Virus record (IMG/VR): IMGVR_UViG_3300033076_000287
Location: 1 to 24,680 of that record
Source of the DNA: a virus
Taxonomy: Duplodnaviria > Caudoviricetes
Reading direction: 5' to 3' (one strand)
DNA: 24,680 nt
The notes under the pieces are model-generated. The model was not told the DNA's origin. It saw nothing but the letters and a program-made list of their open reading frames with translations, and did not search any database. Numbering within the stretch: position 1 is the stretch's first letter; each line of letters starts with the position of its first letter. A program made the position numbers and the translations under genes. Shown in pieces: positions 6,107-15,840 of the stretch.

Positions 6107-8125
6107 ATGGCGAAAAGCAAAGAGCAGCGAATGTCGGAAGTTTGGGAGCGCGCCCGACTCCGGTTTGATCGAATCCAGCCGAATGTCCGCGAGGAGCGGA
6201 TGCAGTGCCTCCAAGATCGTCGCTTTGCCATGATCGCTGGCGCACAGTGGGAGGACGCGCTAGGCAAGCAATTCGAGAATCTGCCCCGGTTTGAGGTCAA
6301 CAAGATTCAGCTCTCGCTGATGCGAATCTTCAGCGAGTACAGGAATAACCGGATCAGCGTGGACTTCCGCGACAAGCTCGGCAAGGACACCGATCTATCC
6401 GACGCATTGGACGGCCTGTATCGGGCCGACGAGCAGGATAGCGGCGCTCAGGAAGCATACGACAACGCTTTTGACGAGGCTGTGGCGGGCGGCATGGGCG
6501 CATGGCGGCTTCGGGCTGACTACGAGAATCCCGACGATCCCGACGACGAGCGCCAGCGCATCCGCATGGAAGCGATTACGGACGCTGATAGTTGTGTGTT
6601 CTTTGACCTGAACGCCAAGCGCCAGGACAAGAGCGACGCGACCCATGCGTTTGTGCTGACTGGAATGCCGGTTGAGGATTACAAGTCCGAATACGGCGAC
6701 GACCCGGCATCATGGCCGAAGGACATCACCCAGCAGTATTTCGATTGGAGCAGCGGCGACACGGTATATATCGCCGAATACTACGAAATCGAGAAGAAAA
6801 CCAAGCTCTGGCATGTGTTCAAGGGATTGGACGGCCAAGAAACCAAGATCGAGGACGACGACCTAGAGGAGCAGGAGGAAACGCTACGCATCACTGGTTT
6901 CGTCAAGGTCCGCGAGAAACGCATCACCATCCCCAAGGTCCACAAGTACATTCTGAGCGGCGGCGGGGTGTTGGAGGACTGCGGCTATATTGCCGGCCGG
7001 AATATCCCGATTGTGCCGATTTACGGCAAGCGGGCCGTGATTGACGGAATCGAGCGTTGCTCTGGTCATGTTCGCCTCGCCAAGGATGCGCAACGGCTCA
7101 AGAACATGCAGCTTTCGAGGCTGGGTGAGATTGCCGCCCTATCACCGATTGAGAAACCGATTTTCACGCCTGAGCAGGTCGCCGGCCATCAGTTGCAGTG
7201 GGCGGACGACAACATCAAGCGGTATCCCTATCTGCTAGTGAACCAAGTCACGGATGCCAATGGCACGTCCATCCCGACTGGCCCGTTGGGATACACCAAG
7301 CCGCCGAGCATTCCACCGGCATTGGGCGCGCTGATTCAGCAGAGCGACGTAGACATCCAGGAGTTGCTAGGCAACCAGAAAGCTGCCGAGCAGATGCAGA
7401 GCAACGTGTCTGCCAAGGCCGTTGAACTGATCCACTCGCGCCTAGACCAGCAGACGTTCATCTACATGGACAACATGGCAAAGGCCATGAAGCGGTCGGG
7501 TGAGATTTGGTTCTCGATGGCCCAAGAGCTTTACATTGAGGAAGGCCGTGAAATGAAGGTAGTCGGCGAGGAGCAGGACGCCGACATGATCACGCTCATG
7601 GCGCCGACCTATGACGCCGAGAATGGGCTGATCGATTACACCAATGATCTGACCAAAGCCATGATGGACATTGTGGTGGACGTTGGCCCCAGTTCGACCA
7701 CTCGCCGCGATGCCACGGTTCGCGCGTTGACCGGAATGCTCACCGTCGTTGGCGGCAGCGATCCCGAACTGACTCAGATTCTCTCCGGCGCGGCCATGAT
7801 GAACATGGATGGCGAGGGCCTGGACGACGTGCGCGACTACATACGCCAGAAGATGGTTCGCATGGGCGTGGTCAAGCCGACCAAGGAAGAGCAAGAGAAA
7901 CTCGCGCAGGAAGCCGCTAACCAGCAGCCCGACGCGCAGACGCAGTACCTGCAAGCCGCAGCCACTGAGGCCCAAGCCAAGGGCCAGAAGGCGCAGGCCG
8001 ATACCGTCAAGGCGCTGGCCGAGGCCGAGAAGATCAAGGCTGACACGGTTTTGACGCTTTCCAAGGTCGGGACCGAGGAACAGAACCAAGTGATAGGCGC
8101 GGTCAATGCTATTCGCGGAGTTTGA
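6107..8125 (+). CDS. Portal protein, P22 gp1-like
   Basis: 672 aa directly after TerL; GAQW, LYRAD, EAVAGGMGAWR, IPIVPIYG, AKDAQRLKN motifs; Q/A-rich C-terminal barrel helix. Confidence 0.93.
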   Translation: MAKSKEQRMSEVWERARLRFDRIQPNVREERMQCLQDRRFAMIAGAQWEDALGKQFENLPRFEVNKIQLSLMRIFSEYRNNRISVDFRDKLGKDTDLSDALDGLYRADEQDSGAQEAYDNAFDEAVAGGMGAWRLRADYENPDDPDDERQRIRMEAITDADSCVFFDLNAKRQDKSDATHAFVLTGMPVEDYKSEYGDDPASWPKDITQQYFDWSSGDTVYIAEYYEIEKKTKLWHVFKGLDGQETKIEDDDLEEQEETLRITGFVKVREKRITIPKVHKYILSGGGVLEDCGYIAGRNIPIVPIYGKRAVIDGIERCSGHVRLAKDAQRLKNMQLSRLGEIAALSPIEKPIFTPEQVAGHQLQWADDNIKRYPYLLVNQVTDANGTSIPTGPLGYTKPPSIPPALGALIQQSDVDIQELLGNQKAAEQMQSNVSAKAVELIHSRLDQQTFIYMDNMAKAMKRSGEIWFSMAQELYIEEGREMKVVGEEQDADMITLMAPTYDAENGLIDYTNDLTKAMMDIVVDVGPSSTTRRDATVRALTGMLTVVGGSDPELTQILSGAAMMNMDGEGLDDVRDYIRQKMVRMGVVKPTKEEQEKLAQEAANQQPDAQTQYLQAAATEAQAKGQKAQADTVKALAEAEKIKADTVLTLSKVGTEEQNQVIGAVNAIRGV

Positions 8126-8196
8126 TAGCCATTGACTAATCGGCTAAATTAGTACCAAAGGCTGCCACCGGGCCATTTTCGGTGAGACGAGGACAC

Positions 8197-9033
8197 ATGG
8201 AAAAGACGGCAGTAGGCGACGAGCAGGAAATCACTCCCGAACTGGAACAGACGGCTGAAAAGCCTGAAGTCGAAACCAAGGAGCCGGAAGCAACGGAAGT
8301 TGCCACGCCGGAAGAGGAACTGGTTGTCACCATCGGGGAAGCGCCGCCCCCGGAAGAGGATGAGAAGTCGCCGGAACTGGTCCGAACCCTCCGTCAGAGG
8401 ATCAAGGAACAGAACCGGGAGCTTTCCGAGTACCGCAAGCGTGTTCCAGTTGCTGAAAAGGCGCCGGAGCTAGGCAAGAAGCCAACGCTTGAGGATTGCG
8501 ATTTTGATGCTGACAAGTTTGAAACCGAGCTGATTGCTTGGCAGGACCGAAAACGGGCTGTCGAGGAGCAGGCAAGGAAAGCAAGCGAGGCGGCAGAGAA
8601 CGAGCAGAAGGCATGGCAGCAGAAACTTGAAGGTTACGCGCAGTCGAAAGCCGCGCTGAAGGTGAAGGACTTTGAGGACGCCGAATCGGTGGTTCTTGAA
8701 ACGCTTTCGCAGATTCAGCAGGGCGTGATCGTGAAAGCCTCCAAGAATCCTGGCCTGCTGGTGTATGCACTCGGCAAGAACCCCGGAAAGGCGAAAGAAC
8801 TGGCCTCACTCCATGATCCGATTGACTTTGCATTCGCTGTCGGACAGCTCGAAAAGGACTTGAAGATGACGAGTCGCAAACCCGAAACGAAACCCGAGCC
8901 GAAAGTGACTGGCACTGCCAGCGTTTCCGGCACTGATACCAAACTCGCGGCCCTTGAAGCTGAAGCAGACCGTACCGGCGACCGAACCAAGGTTATCGCC
9001 TACAAGCGTCAGTTGAAGGCCGCAAAATCATGA
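8197..9033 (+). CDS. Scaffolding protein
   Basis: Between portal and coat; acidic N-terminus, coiled coil, basic C-terminal helix. GAGG upstream of ATG 8197. Confidence 0.85.
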   Translation: MEKTAVGDEQEITPELEQTAEKPEVETKEPEATEVATPEEELVVTIGEAPPPEEDEKSPELVRTLRQRIKEQNRELSEYRKRVPVAEKAPELGKKPTLEDCDFDADKFETELIAWQDRKRAVEEQARKASEAAENEQKAWQQKLEGYAQSKAALKVKDFEDAESVVLETLSQIQQGVIVKASKNPGLLVYALGKNPGKAKELASLHDPIDFAFAVGQLEKDLKMTSRKPETKPEPKVTGTASVSGTDTKLAALEAEADRTGDRTKVIAYKRQLKAAKS

Positions 9034-9043
9034 GGATTAACCC

Positions 9044-10318
9044 GTGGCCAATGCATTCAACAAAGAAGAGCGCGTAGCGTTCGACCAGTTGCTGGAGAAG
9101 TTTGACGATGCTCTCGTCCTCTCCCGCGTCGTTTCCAAGTACGAAACCGATCAGGTGATGATGGAGCGTGCCAGCGATACCATCTGGCGCCCGCAGCCGT
9201 ACATCGCCCAGTCGTTTAGCGGCTCGGATGCGACTTCCAACTTCACCGACAAGACCCAGCTCGCGGTTCCGGCGTCCATCGACACCCAGCGCCATGCGAC
9301 CCTGCTGATGACCGCCACCGAGATGCGTGATGCGTTGCAGGAAGGCCGCTTTGGTCAGGCTGCTGCGCAGAAGCTCGCCAGCGACATTAACATCTCGATC
9401 ATGAACGTGGCCGCGCTTCAGGGCACGCTTGTGGTCAAGCGCCCCAACCCGGCCTCTGGCTTTGATGACGTTGCCCAGTGCGATGCCATCATGAACGAGC
9501 AGGGCGTGCAGATGTTTGACCGCTACCTCGCCCTCAGCACCCGCGACTACAACGGCATGGCAAACAACCTGTCGCAGGCGTCGCGCTCGTTTGGCAACTC
9601 CAAGTCGGACAAGGCGTATGAACGCGCCTACGTCGGCATGGTGGCTGGCTTCGACACCTACAAGCTGGATTACGCCAATCGCCTGACCGCCGCTGCCGGT
9701 GGCGGCTCGTTGACCATCAGCACTCTGGTCGGCGCTGCCAACTTCTACACGCCGGTCTCGACCACCACCACCGCCAACGGTCTGAACCAGACCAACCGCG
9801 ACAATCGCTACCAGACGGTGACGATTTCCAGCACCACGGGCGTTGCGGCTGGCGACTGCTTCACCATCGGCGGCGTCAATGCCGTGCATCACATCACCAA
9901 GGCCAGCACGGGTCAGCTCAAGACGTTCCGCGTCATCAGCGTGACCAATGCGACCCAGATGGTGATTAGCCCGCCGATCATCAGCAACCAGGGCGGCACC
10001 GCTGCGGAGGCTCAGTATCAGAACGTCAGCGTCACGCCGTCTGCCACTGCGCCGATTGTGTTCCTGAACACCGTCACTGCTTCGGTCAATCCGTTTTGGC
10101 AGAGCGATGCTCTGGAAATCCTGCCGGGTCGCCTTGCGATCCCCGAGGATGCCGGCGCTGCCGTCCTGCGTGCCCGGACCGACAACGGTCTGGAAATCGT
10201 CATGCAGAAGCAGTTCGACATCAACACGCAGAAGACGAAGTATCGTTGGGACACCCGCTATGGCGTGGTGAACAAGCAGCCGGAAATGACCGGCATCATG
10301 CTGTTCAGCCAGACCTAG
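9044..10318 (+). CDS. Major capsid protein, P22 gp5-like, with insertion domain
   Basis: GTG start after GAGG; MANAFNKEERVAF, IWRPQPY, RWDTRYG...PEMTG; strong codon bias; followed by a terminator. Confidence 0.93.
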   Translation: MANAFNKEERVAFDQLLEKFDDALVLSRVVSKYETDQVMMERASDTIWRPQPYIAQSFSGSDATSNFTDKTQLAVPASIDTQRHATLLMTATEMRDALQEGRFGQAAAQKLASDINISIMNVAALQGTLVVKRPNPASGFDDVAQCDAIMNEQGVQMFDRYLALSTRDYNGMANNLSQASRSFGNSKSDKAYERAYVGMVAGFDTYKLDYANRLTAAAGGGSLTISTLVGAANFYTPVSTTTTANGLNQTNRDNRYQTVTISSTTGVAAGDCFTIGGVNAVHHITKASTGQLKTFRVISVTNATQMVISPPIISNQGGTAAEAQYQNVSVTPSATAPIVFLNTVTASVNPFWQSDALEILPGRLAIPEDAGAAVLRARTDNGLEIVMQKQFDINTQKTKYRWDTRYGVVNKQPEMTGIMLFSQT

Positions 10319-10325
10319 TGCGATG

Positions 10326-10353
10326 GGGGGAGGGTAAAACCTCCCCCTTTTTT
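10326..10353 (+). terminator. Intrinsic terminator after the coat gene
   Basis: GGGGGAGG-GTAAAA-CCTCCCCC followed by TTTTTT. Confidence 0.9.
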
Positions 10354-10362
10354 GGAGGCATC

Positions 10363-10647
10363 ATGGATTTCCCGACACTCGTTTACCGCTCTCCCGGCCC
10401 GCACGCTGGGCCTGCTTCATCCAAGGGCTACGACTTCCGAGGCGCAAAGAGCGAGGCCGAACTGGCTGACCTTCTGGCCGATGGCTGGTCGCTGTCTTTC
10501 GATGAGGCCGTCAATGGGAAGCCTGCCACCATCATCCCCAAGGGCGTGACCCGCGAGGAACTGCTGGCGGAGGCTGAACGACTTGGCATCAAGATTGACA
10601 AGCGGTGGAGCGATGAACGCATCGCTGCCGCTATCGGAGACAGCTAA
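10363..10647 (+). CDS. Hypothetical protein following the coat gene (94 aa)
   Basis: GGAGG upstream of ATG 10363; C-terminal TREELLAEAERLGIKIDKRWS helix-extension-helix-like segment. Confidence 0.8.
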   Translation: MDFPTLVYRSPGPHAGPASSKGYDFRGAKSEAELADLLADGWSLSFDEAVNGKPATIIPKGVTREELLAEAERLGIKIDKRWSDERIAAAIGDS

Positions 10648-11129
10648 TGGCTTGGACGAAACGTAAGCTGGTCGAAGATGCGCTTGAGGAAATCGGGCTG
10701 GCTAGCTACGTGTTCGACATTTCCCCCGAGGAAATGAATAAGGCCATCCGTCGCATGGATGGCATGATGGCCGAATGGGATAGCAAGGGCATCCACGTCG
10801 GCTATGCGCTTCCCTCCGGCGACTCCGGCAGCGACCCCGATCAGGATTCCGGCTTGCCTGACGTTGCACTCGAGGCCGTCCGACTAAACACAGCGGTTCG
10901 CATTGGCCCGAGCTATGGCAAGACCGTTAGTTTGGATACCAAGATTCAGGCGAAGCGGGCATACGACACACTGCTCGGCTTCACTTCGCAAATCCCCGAA
11001 ATGATGTTCCCCGAGACTTTGCCTGTCGGTGCTGGCAACAAGCCGTTGATGAACACTGAAGCTGTCTACTTCCCGACTCCTGATCGTGGCATCACGGTCG
11101 GGAACGATTCCGAACTTGATCTAGGGTAA
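10647..11129 (+). CDS. Head-tail adaptor, P22 gp4-like packaged DNA stabilisation protein
   Basis: MAWTKRKLVEDALEEIG, MDGMMAEW, DSGLPD, PVGAGN; size and position fit. Confidence 0.85.
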   Translation: MAWTKRKLVEDALEEIGLASYVFDISPEEMNKAIRRMDGMMAEWDSKGIHVGYALPSGDSGSDPDQDSGLPDVALEAVRLNTAVRIGPSYGKTVSLDTKIQAKRAYDTLLGFTSQIPEMMFPETLPVGAGNKPLMNTEAVYFPTPDRGITVGNDSELDLG

Positions 11130-11133
11130 CCCC

Positions 11134-11460
11134 ATGAGCATCAACGCCCCATTTTCCCCTGCTTACGGCGCCGCACAGACCATTGCGGTGACCGATGTGT
11201 CGGCAACGGCGACCATTTTGACGCGCTATGCCAAGCAACTCGTGCTGACCAACCTTGGCAGCCAGAATGTTTATGTCCGAGTGTCCAAAACTACCCCCGT
11301 GACTGCGACTGTTGCTGACTTTGTGATCGGTTTTGGCGCTGGCGCTGTTGCTCAGGTCGCCATTAGCATCCCGCAGGATGTGGATACCGTCTATGTCGCT
11401 GCCGTCACCAGCACCGGCACCAGTTCTCTGCACGTGATTCCGGGCGAAGGATTCCTCTAA
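11134..11460 (+). CDS. Small beta-rich structural protein (108 aa)
   Basis: T/V/A-rich, ends PGEGF; lies between the gp4-like and gp10-like genes. Confidence 0.75.
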   Translation: MSINAPFSPAYGAAQTIAVTDVSATATILTRYAKQLVLTNLGSQNVYVRVSKTTPVTATVADFVIGFGAGAVAQVAISIPQDVDTVYVAAVTSTGTSSLHVIPGEGFL

Positions 11461-11461
11461 C

Positions 11462-12865
11462 GTGCAAATCCCGATCCTTTCGGGCATTTACGCGGACGGA
11501 TCGCCCGACTTCAGAACCAGCTACCCGCGCAATCTAGTCCCCGTCCCGAAAGCGACGGGGCTTTCTGCTGGCTATCTCAAGCCGGCGCCGGGGTTGGTCC
11601 CGTTTGCCACCGCTCCGGGCGTTGGACGCGGCGCTATTGTGCGTGACGGCGTGGTCTATCGGGTGCAAGGCACTAGTCTTGTTTCGGTTGGTTCCGATGG
11701 TTCCGTTTCGACGCTCGGTACGATCCCCGGCACTGATAATGTGACGATGGACTACTCGTTTGACCTGCTGTCAATCAGTGCGAACGGGAACCTGTACTAC
11801 TGGGACGCCATCAACGGAGTGCGCCAAGTCACTGACCCGGACCTTGGCACTGTGCTGGATCACATATGGGTGGACGGCTACTTCATGACGACGGATGGCC
11901 GGTTTCTGATCGTCACTGAATTGACCGACCCGTTTAGCGTAAACCCGCTGAAATACGGATCATCCGAAGCCGACCCCGATCCGATCGTATGTCTAGTTAA
12001 GCTGCGCAACGAACCCTACGCCTTCAATCGGTATACGACGGAAGTGTTTGAGAACGTCGGCGGTAGCAACTTCCCCTTCCAGCGGATTGAGGGCGCCCAG
12101 ATTCAGCGGGGAACCTTCGGATCGCAGACCGCGTGTGTGTTCTCGGACTCGGTTGCGTTCCTTGGCTCTGGCGAGCAGGAAACCCCTGGCATCTTTCTCG
12201 TGGACTCTGGCCGTCAGGTAAAGGTCAGCACGCATGAGATTGACCTGATACTCGCACAATACTCCGAAGAACAGCTCGCGGATGCAGTTCTTGAGCAGAA
12301 ACTGGATCGGCAGCATCGCAACTTGCTCGTTCATCTTCCCGACCGCACGCTCGTCTATGACGCTGCGTCCAGCACCGAACTTGGCCAGCCTGTTTGGTAC
12401 AGCCTGCATAGCGGGATTGACGGGACTGGCGAGTATCGGGCGCGGCATTTCACTTGGTGCTATGACAAGTGGCTCGCTGCTGACACTCAGTCGGGCGTGA
12501 TCGTTGAGACTGACGAGTCGCTGGCCTCGCACTATGGGCAGAAGGTCGGCTGGGAGTTTCAAACCGCGCTGATCTACAACGAGTCGCGCGGCGCAATCAT
12601 CAACTCGCTTGAGCTGGTCGGCCTTCCCGGTCGAGCCGCCTTCGGCGACAACCCGACCATCTGGCAAAGCTACACCGACGACGGAGTGAGCTACAGCCAA
12701 GAGCATCCGGTATCGGCCGGCATCCAAGGCCAGCGCCAAAAGCGCGTGCAGTGGCGCAAGTGCGGAAAGATGCGCAACTATCGCTCCTATCGCTTCCGTG
12801 GTACGTCGGACGTGATGATGCCGGTTGCGCGGCTTGAGGCGAATCTGGAGCCGCTGAATGGCTAA
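11462..12865 (+). CDS. Tail hub, P22 gp10-like stabilisation protein
   Basis: 467 aa; MQIPILSGIY, YPRNLVP, WVDGYF, SEADPDPI, YTDDG..YS, WRKCG. Confidence 0.88.
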   Translation: MQIPILSGIYADGSPDFRTSYPRNLVPVPKATGLSAGYLKPAPGLVPFATAPGVGRGAIVRDGVVYRVQGTSLVSVGSDGSVSTLGTIPGTDNVTMDYSFDLLSISANGNLYYWDAINGVRQVTDPDLGTVLDHIWVDGYFMTTDGRFLIVTELTDPFSVNPLKYGSSEADPDPIVCLVKLRNEPYAFNRYTTEVFENVGGSNFPFQRIEGAQIQRGTFGSQTACVFSDSVAFLGSGEQETPGIFLVDSGRQVKVSTHEIDLILAQYSEEQLADAVLEQKLDRQHRNLLVHLPDRTLVYDAASSTELGQPVWYSLHSGIDGTGEYRARHFTWCYDKWLAADTQSGVIVETDESLASHYGQKVGWEFQTALIYNESRGAIINSLELVGLPGRAAFGDNPTIWQSYTDDGVSYSQEHPVSAGIQGQRQKRVQWRKCGKMRNYRSYRFRGTSDVMMPVARLEANLEPLNG

Positions 12866-13181
12866 CTTCCGGCCATTCTCGTCCCGAATTACCCGAGAGA
12901 TTCTCGGCAAGCATTTCGGCGACGACCATCTGCTGATTCGGCAGATGGAATTGCTTTTCCAGACGGGGCAGGAAATCCCCGACGCTTTGGATGCGGTTTA
13001 TGTTGAGCTTGATTCTGCTGCAACAGCGTTTCTATCTGCATTAACACTTATTTCGGAGCTGCGCGGCGAGGTTGGCGCGCTTCGTCAGCGCGTCGAATTT
13101 CTCGAATCGCTATCAAAATCAAATAGAATTGAGCAATACGATCAACGGCTGCGCGATCTTGAACTGGCGGCATCAATCTGA
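12858..13181 (+). CDS. Coiled-coil structural protein at the tail-needle (gp26) position
   Basis: Overlaps the gp10-like stop; heptad-like C-terminal half. Confidence 0.6.
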   Translation: MANFRPFSSRITREILGKHFGDDHLLIRQMELLFQTGQEIPDALDAVYVELDSAATAFLSALTLISELRGEVGALRQRVEFLESLSKSNRIEQYDQRLRDLELAASI

Positions 13182-13190
13182 GGTAAAAAC

Positions 13191-13529
13191 ATGGCCATTA
13201 CTCCTCCCAAGCCGCTAGACGTTGGCGAACTCATTGGATCGTCCAACGAGGACATTTACGAATGTCCGTCAAACACCCGCACGCTGATTACCACGGCCAC
13301 GGCGCACAACACATCAGCCTCCACTGCAACGTTGACTGCATGGCTTGGTGCCGCAGCCGGCAATGACACTCGCCGATTAAAGGTTGCCATTGCGGCTGAT
13401 GACACGCTTGATTTGATCGGTCTTATTGGACAAGCGATGAACACTGCCGAAAAGATCATCATGGTTTCAGGTACGGCGGACGTTATCAGCGTGCGCATCA
13501 CCGGCACTGAGTTCCCGGTCACGGTCTGA
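13191..13529 (+). CDS. Beta-rich structural protein (112 aa)
   Basis: GAGG RBS; IYECPSNTRTLIT...HNTS...SVRITGTE pattern of small phage tail-associated proteins. Confidence 0.7.
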   Translation: MAITPPKPLDVGELIGSSNEDIYECPSNTRTLITTATAHNTSASTATLTAWLGAAAGNDTRRLKVAIAADDTLDLIGLIGQAMNTAEKIIMVSGTADVISVRITGTEFPVTV

Positions 13530-14383
13530 TGTCACTGGCCAGCCAGTTGGAGTCGTTGGCGAGCGCCGTTGCCGCGCTTGCTTCGTCTGCTGGCCGCACG
13601 TCAATCAAAGTTCAGGGGACGGCATCGGTTGCTCCTGTCGTTTCAATCAGCACTGCAAACAGCACAACGACCCCGCTGACTGGTGGGGCTACCTATACCG
13701 GCACTTTTGAGGATTTGAACGGCTACGCGGCTGTTCAGGTTCTCGTCAATACCGATTCAGTCGCAACATCCAACGCGCTGAAAGTCGATTTCAGCACCAA
13801 CGGAACGAATGTTGATCGGACTGTAAACGTTGACATCGCCACGGGTGGCGACTTCATCGCTTTGCCGTGTGAGGGGCGATTCTATCGTGTGCGCCTAACG
13901 GCTGGCGGATCGGCGCAGACGTTCCTCCGTCTTCAAACCAAGCTGTCGGCGGTTGCCAATGGCCTGAAGATGACTCCGCTGGTTGATGTGCTGGACGATA
14001 GCAGCAGCGTCTTAGATACTCGCGGCGTCATCGTTGGCAAAACTACTGCGGGCGGTGGTGGATACGTCGCGGTCAAGGTCAATCCATCTGGAGCGTTGAC
14101 GGCTGATGTGAGCGGATCATCCGTAAACATCACTACAATGACCGGAACATGGGGATACAAGGCTGGGATAAGCGGAACCCCTACACTCCCTGTCGGCTCC
14201 AAAGTTCTAGCGATCACCGCCCTCGCGACTTCCGTTGGCTCCGCATCATTTACGGTCAACGGCGGCGACACCATCACGATTCCAACGTCGCAGAGTTTCA
14301 CGCTTGAGCCGCGCGGCAATCTAGTGGCCCCGACTGTCGTTTTTACTGGTACTGCTTCCTATGTAGTGGAGTACGTTACCTAA
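13529..14383 (+). CDS. Putative tail/fibre-associated protein (284 aa)
   Basis: TGATG-coupled; short N-terminal helix followed by two T/G/V-rich beta domains. Confidence 0.7.
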   Translation: MSLASQLESLASAVAALASSAGRTSIKVQGTASVAPVVSISTANSTTTPLTGGATYTGTFEDLNGYAAVQVLVNTDSVATSNALKVDFSTNGTNVDRTVNVDIATGGDFIALPCEGRFYRVRLTAGGSAQTFLRLQTKLSAVANGLKMTPLVDVLDDSSSVLDTRGVIVGKTTAGGGGYVAVKVNPSGALTADVSGSSVNITTMTGTWGYKAGISGTPTLPVGSKVLAITALATSVGSASFTVNGGDTITIPTSQSFTLEPRGNLVAPTVVFTGTASYVVEYVT

Positions 14384-15303
14384 TGGCCGGTTTCAAAAAC
14401 ATCATCTTGACGGGCGGAGGCGGCTCCTCTGCTCCAACTGCTACGTTCAATGAAACTGAACGACGAGCGGATTCTTTTGTCAGCACTGCGCGGCTTGTCG
14501 AATCTATGCGCCATGCCGATACCATTGGCGCCGCTGGCCTTCGGATGGTTGAGACTGAGCGACGCGCCGATCAGTGGTCGCTAGTTACGGCAACGCCGAC
14601 ATTCGCGGAGCCTCTGAGACGGCAGGATCAAATCCGTATCAGCCCTGTCCTTCTGCTGGAAACGCATCGCCGAGCGGACGCACTGAGCGCTACGGTTGCG
14701 CTGCTGTCGGCCGGCACGTATACGGTCCCAGCGCCAGTCACGCAGACCATCCCGCTATCGGCTTGGGGTGGCGGTGGCGGCGGCGGTGGTGGTGGCGCCC
14801 TTGGTGGCGGCGGTGGCGCGGCTGGCGCGGCTTATGCGGGCGTGTCGTTGGCGCTGACGGCAGGCCAAACGATTACGCTGCGCGTCGCAGCAACGGCAGC
14901 AGGCGGTGCCGCCTTGGCGGCTGGCACGGTCGGAAATGACTCGTGGGTTTCTACGACTGGCGCGGCGCCCGCGTCCAGCGCCACCGGATGCCTCGCAAAA
15001 GGTGGCGCGCAAGGCAATGCTGGCGGAACCGGAACCGGCACGCCTGGAACCGGAACGACCACTGGAAGCATCGGCACAACACTGCGCGCAGGCGGCTCTG
15101 GATCAGGCGCGACGGGTGGAGGTGGCGCAGGCACAAATGCAGCCGGAAGCGGAAACGCGGGCGGTGCTGTAGGCGGTGGCAACGGCGGCTTGTCTGGCGG
15201 TAACGCAGGCAATCAGGCAGGCGGCGGCGGCGGCGGCGCTGCTGTACTTGGAACAGGCGGAACGGGCGCGCTAGGTCGCGCCGGATTCACATTCACGGTT
15301 TGA
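14383..15303 (+). CDS. Glycine-rich fibre/adhesin-like protein with N-terminal repeats
   Basis: GTYTVPA...AWGGGGGG...GAAYA...G...GRAGFTF glycine-rich domain; five ExxR[RH]xD repeats. Confidence 0.75.
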   Translation: MAGFKNIILTGGGGSSAPTATFNETERRADSFVSTARLVESMRHADTIGAAGLRMVETERRADQWSLVTATPTFAEPLRRQDQIRISPVLLLETHRRADALSATVALLSAGTYTVPAPVTQTIPLSAWGGGGGGGGGGALGGGGGAAGAAYAGVSLALTAGQTITLRVAATAAGGAALAAGTVGNDSWVSTTGAAPASSATGCLAKGGAQGNAGGTGTGTPGTGTTTGSIGTTLRAGGSGSGATGGGGAGTNAAGSGNAGGAVGGGNGGLSGGNAGNQAGGGGGGAAVLGTGGTGALGRAGFTFTV

Positions 15304-15312
15304 GGACAGGAT

Positions 15313-15840
15313 ATGGACGAGAAAGAACAGATGATTGCCCAATGGGCAGAAGGACAAGTGGCGCGGTACAACCTCTACCGAGGCGCCACTGTTGTCGAGG
15401 GCACGAACATGCGGACTCTGGTGGAAGCCATTGCCGATGACTCCGAGCCAGTAGTGCGGTCCGGTGACGTGATAACCGCCGAGCTGGCAGCGCGCATCCG
15501 GGCCCAAGTTTCGCCGGAGTCGCGCGGCAAGATCACGATTCCGGTACTGGTCGTGGACTCCGAAGGCCAGGCCGTGATGAACGGCGATGAGTTCGTGGTC
15601 GAGACCGTCGAAATCGACGACATTCCCGAGGGTCAGCCGCTGACGATCAGCGCGCCGGTTCTTGCGCATGACGACGACATGCACTGCGATATGTGCGGCG
15701 AGTGGCGCGAAAGCCTGAAGCAGATCGGCGCGGGCTGGTACTGCGAGGTTCCGCGGGCCAAGGACGAGGGGACGGTGACGTGCGTTGCGGTTCGCATCGC
15801 CCAAATGCAGACCGCTACCCAACTGGAGAGCCAGTCATGA
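15313..15840 (+). CDS. Acidic hypothetical protein with C-terminal Cys cluster
   Basis: GAGGA/AGGA RBS; HCDMC...YC...TC. Confidence 0.7.
   Translation: MDEKEQMIAQWAEGQVARYNLYRGATVVEGTNMRTLVEAIADDSEPVVRSGDVITAELAARIRAQVSPESRGKITIPVLVVDSEGQAVMNGDEFVVETVEIDDIPEGQPLTISAPVLAHDDDMHCDMCGEWRESLKQIGAGWYCEVPRAKDEGTVTCVAVRIAQMQTATQLESQS

Noticed and set aside
7442-8089. 215-aa minus-strand ORF
   Set aside because: Antisense shadow of the portal gene caused by codon bias; no motifs.
8993-9892. 299-aa minus-strand ORF
   Set aside because: Antisense shadow of the highly biased coat gene.
11993-12910. 305-aa minus-strand ORF
   Set aside because: Antisense to the gp10-like gene; no recognisable features.
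14764-14826. GGC/GGT tandem repeats as a contingency locus
   Set aside because: Mixed codons encoding poly-Gly; explained by the protein.
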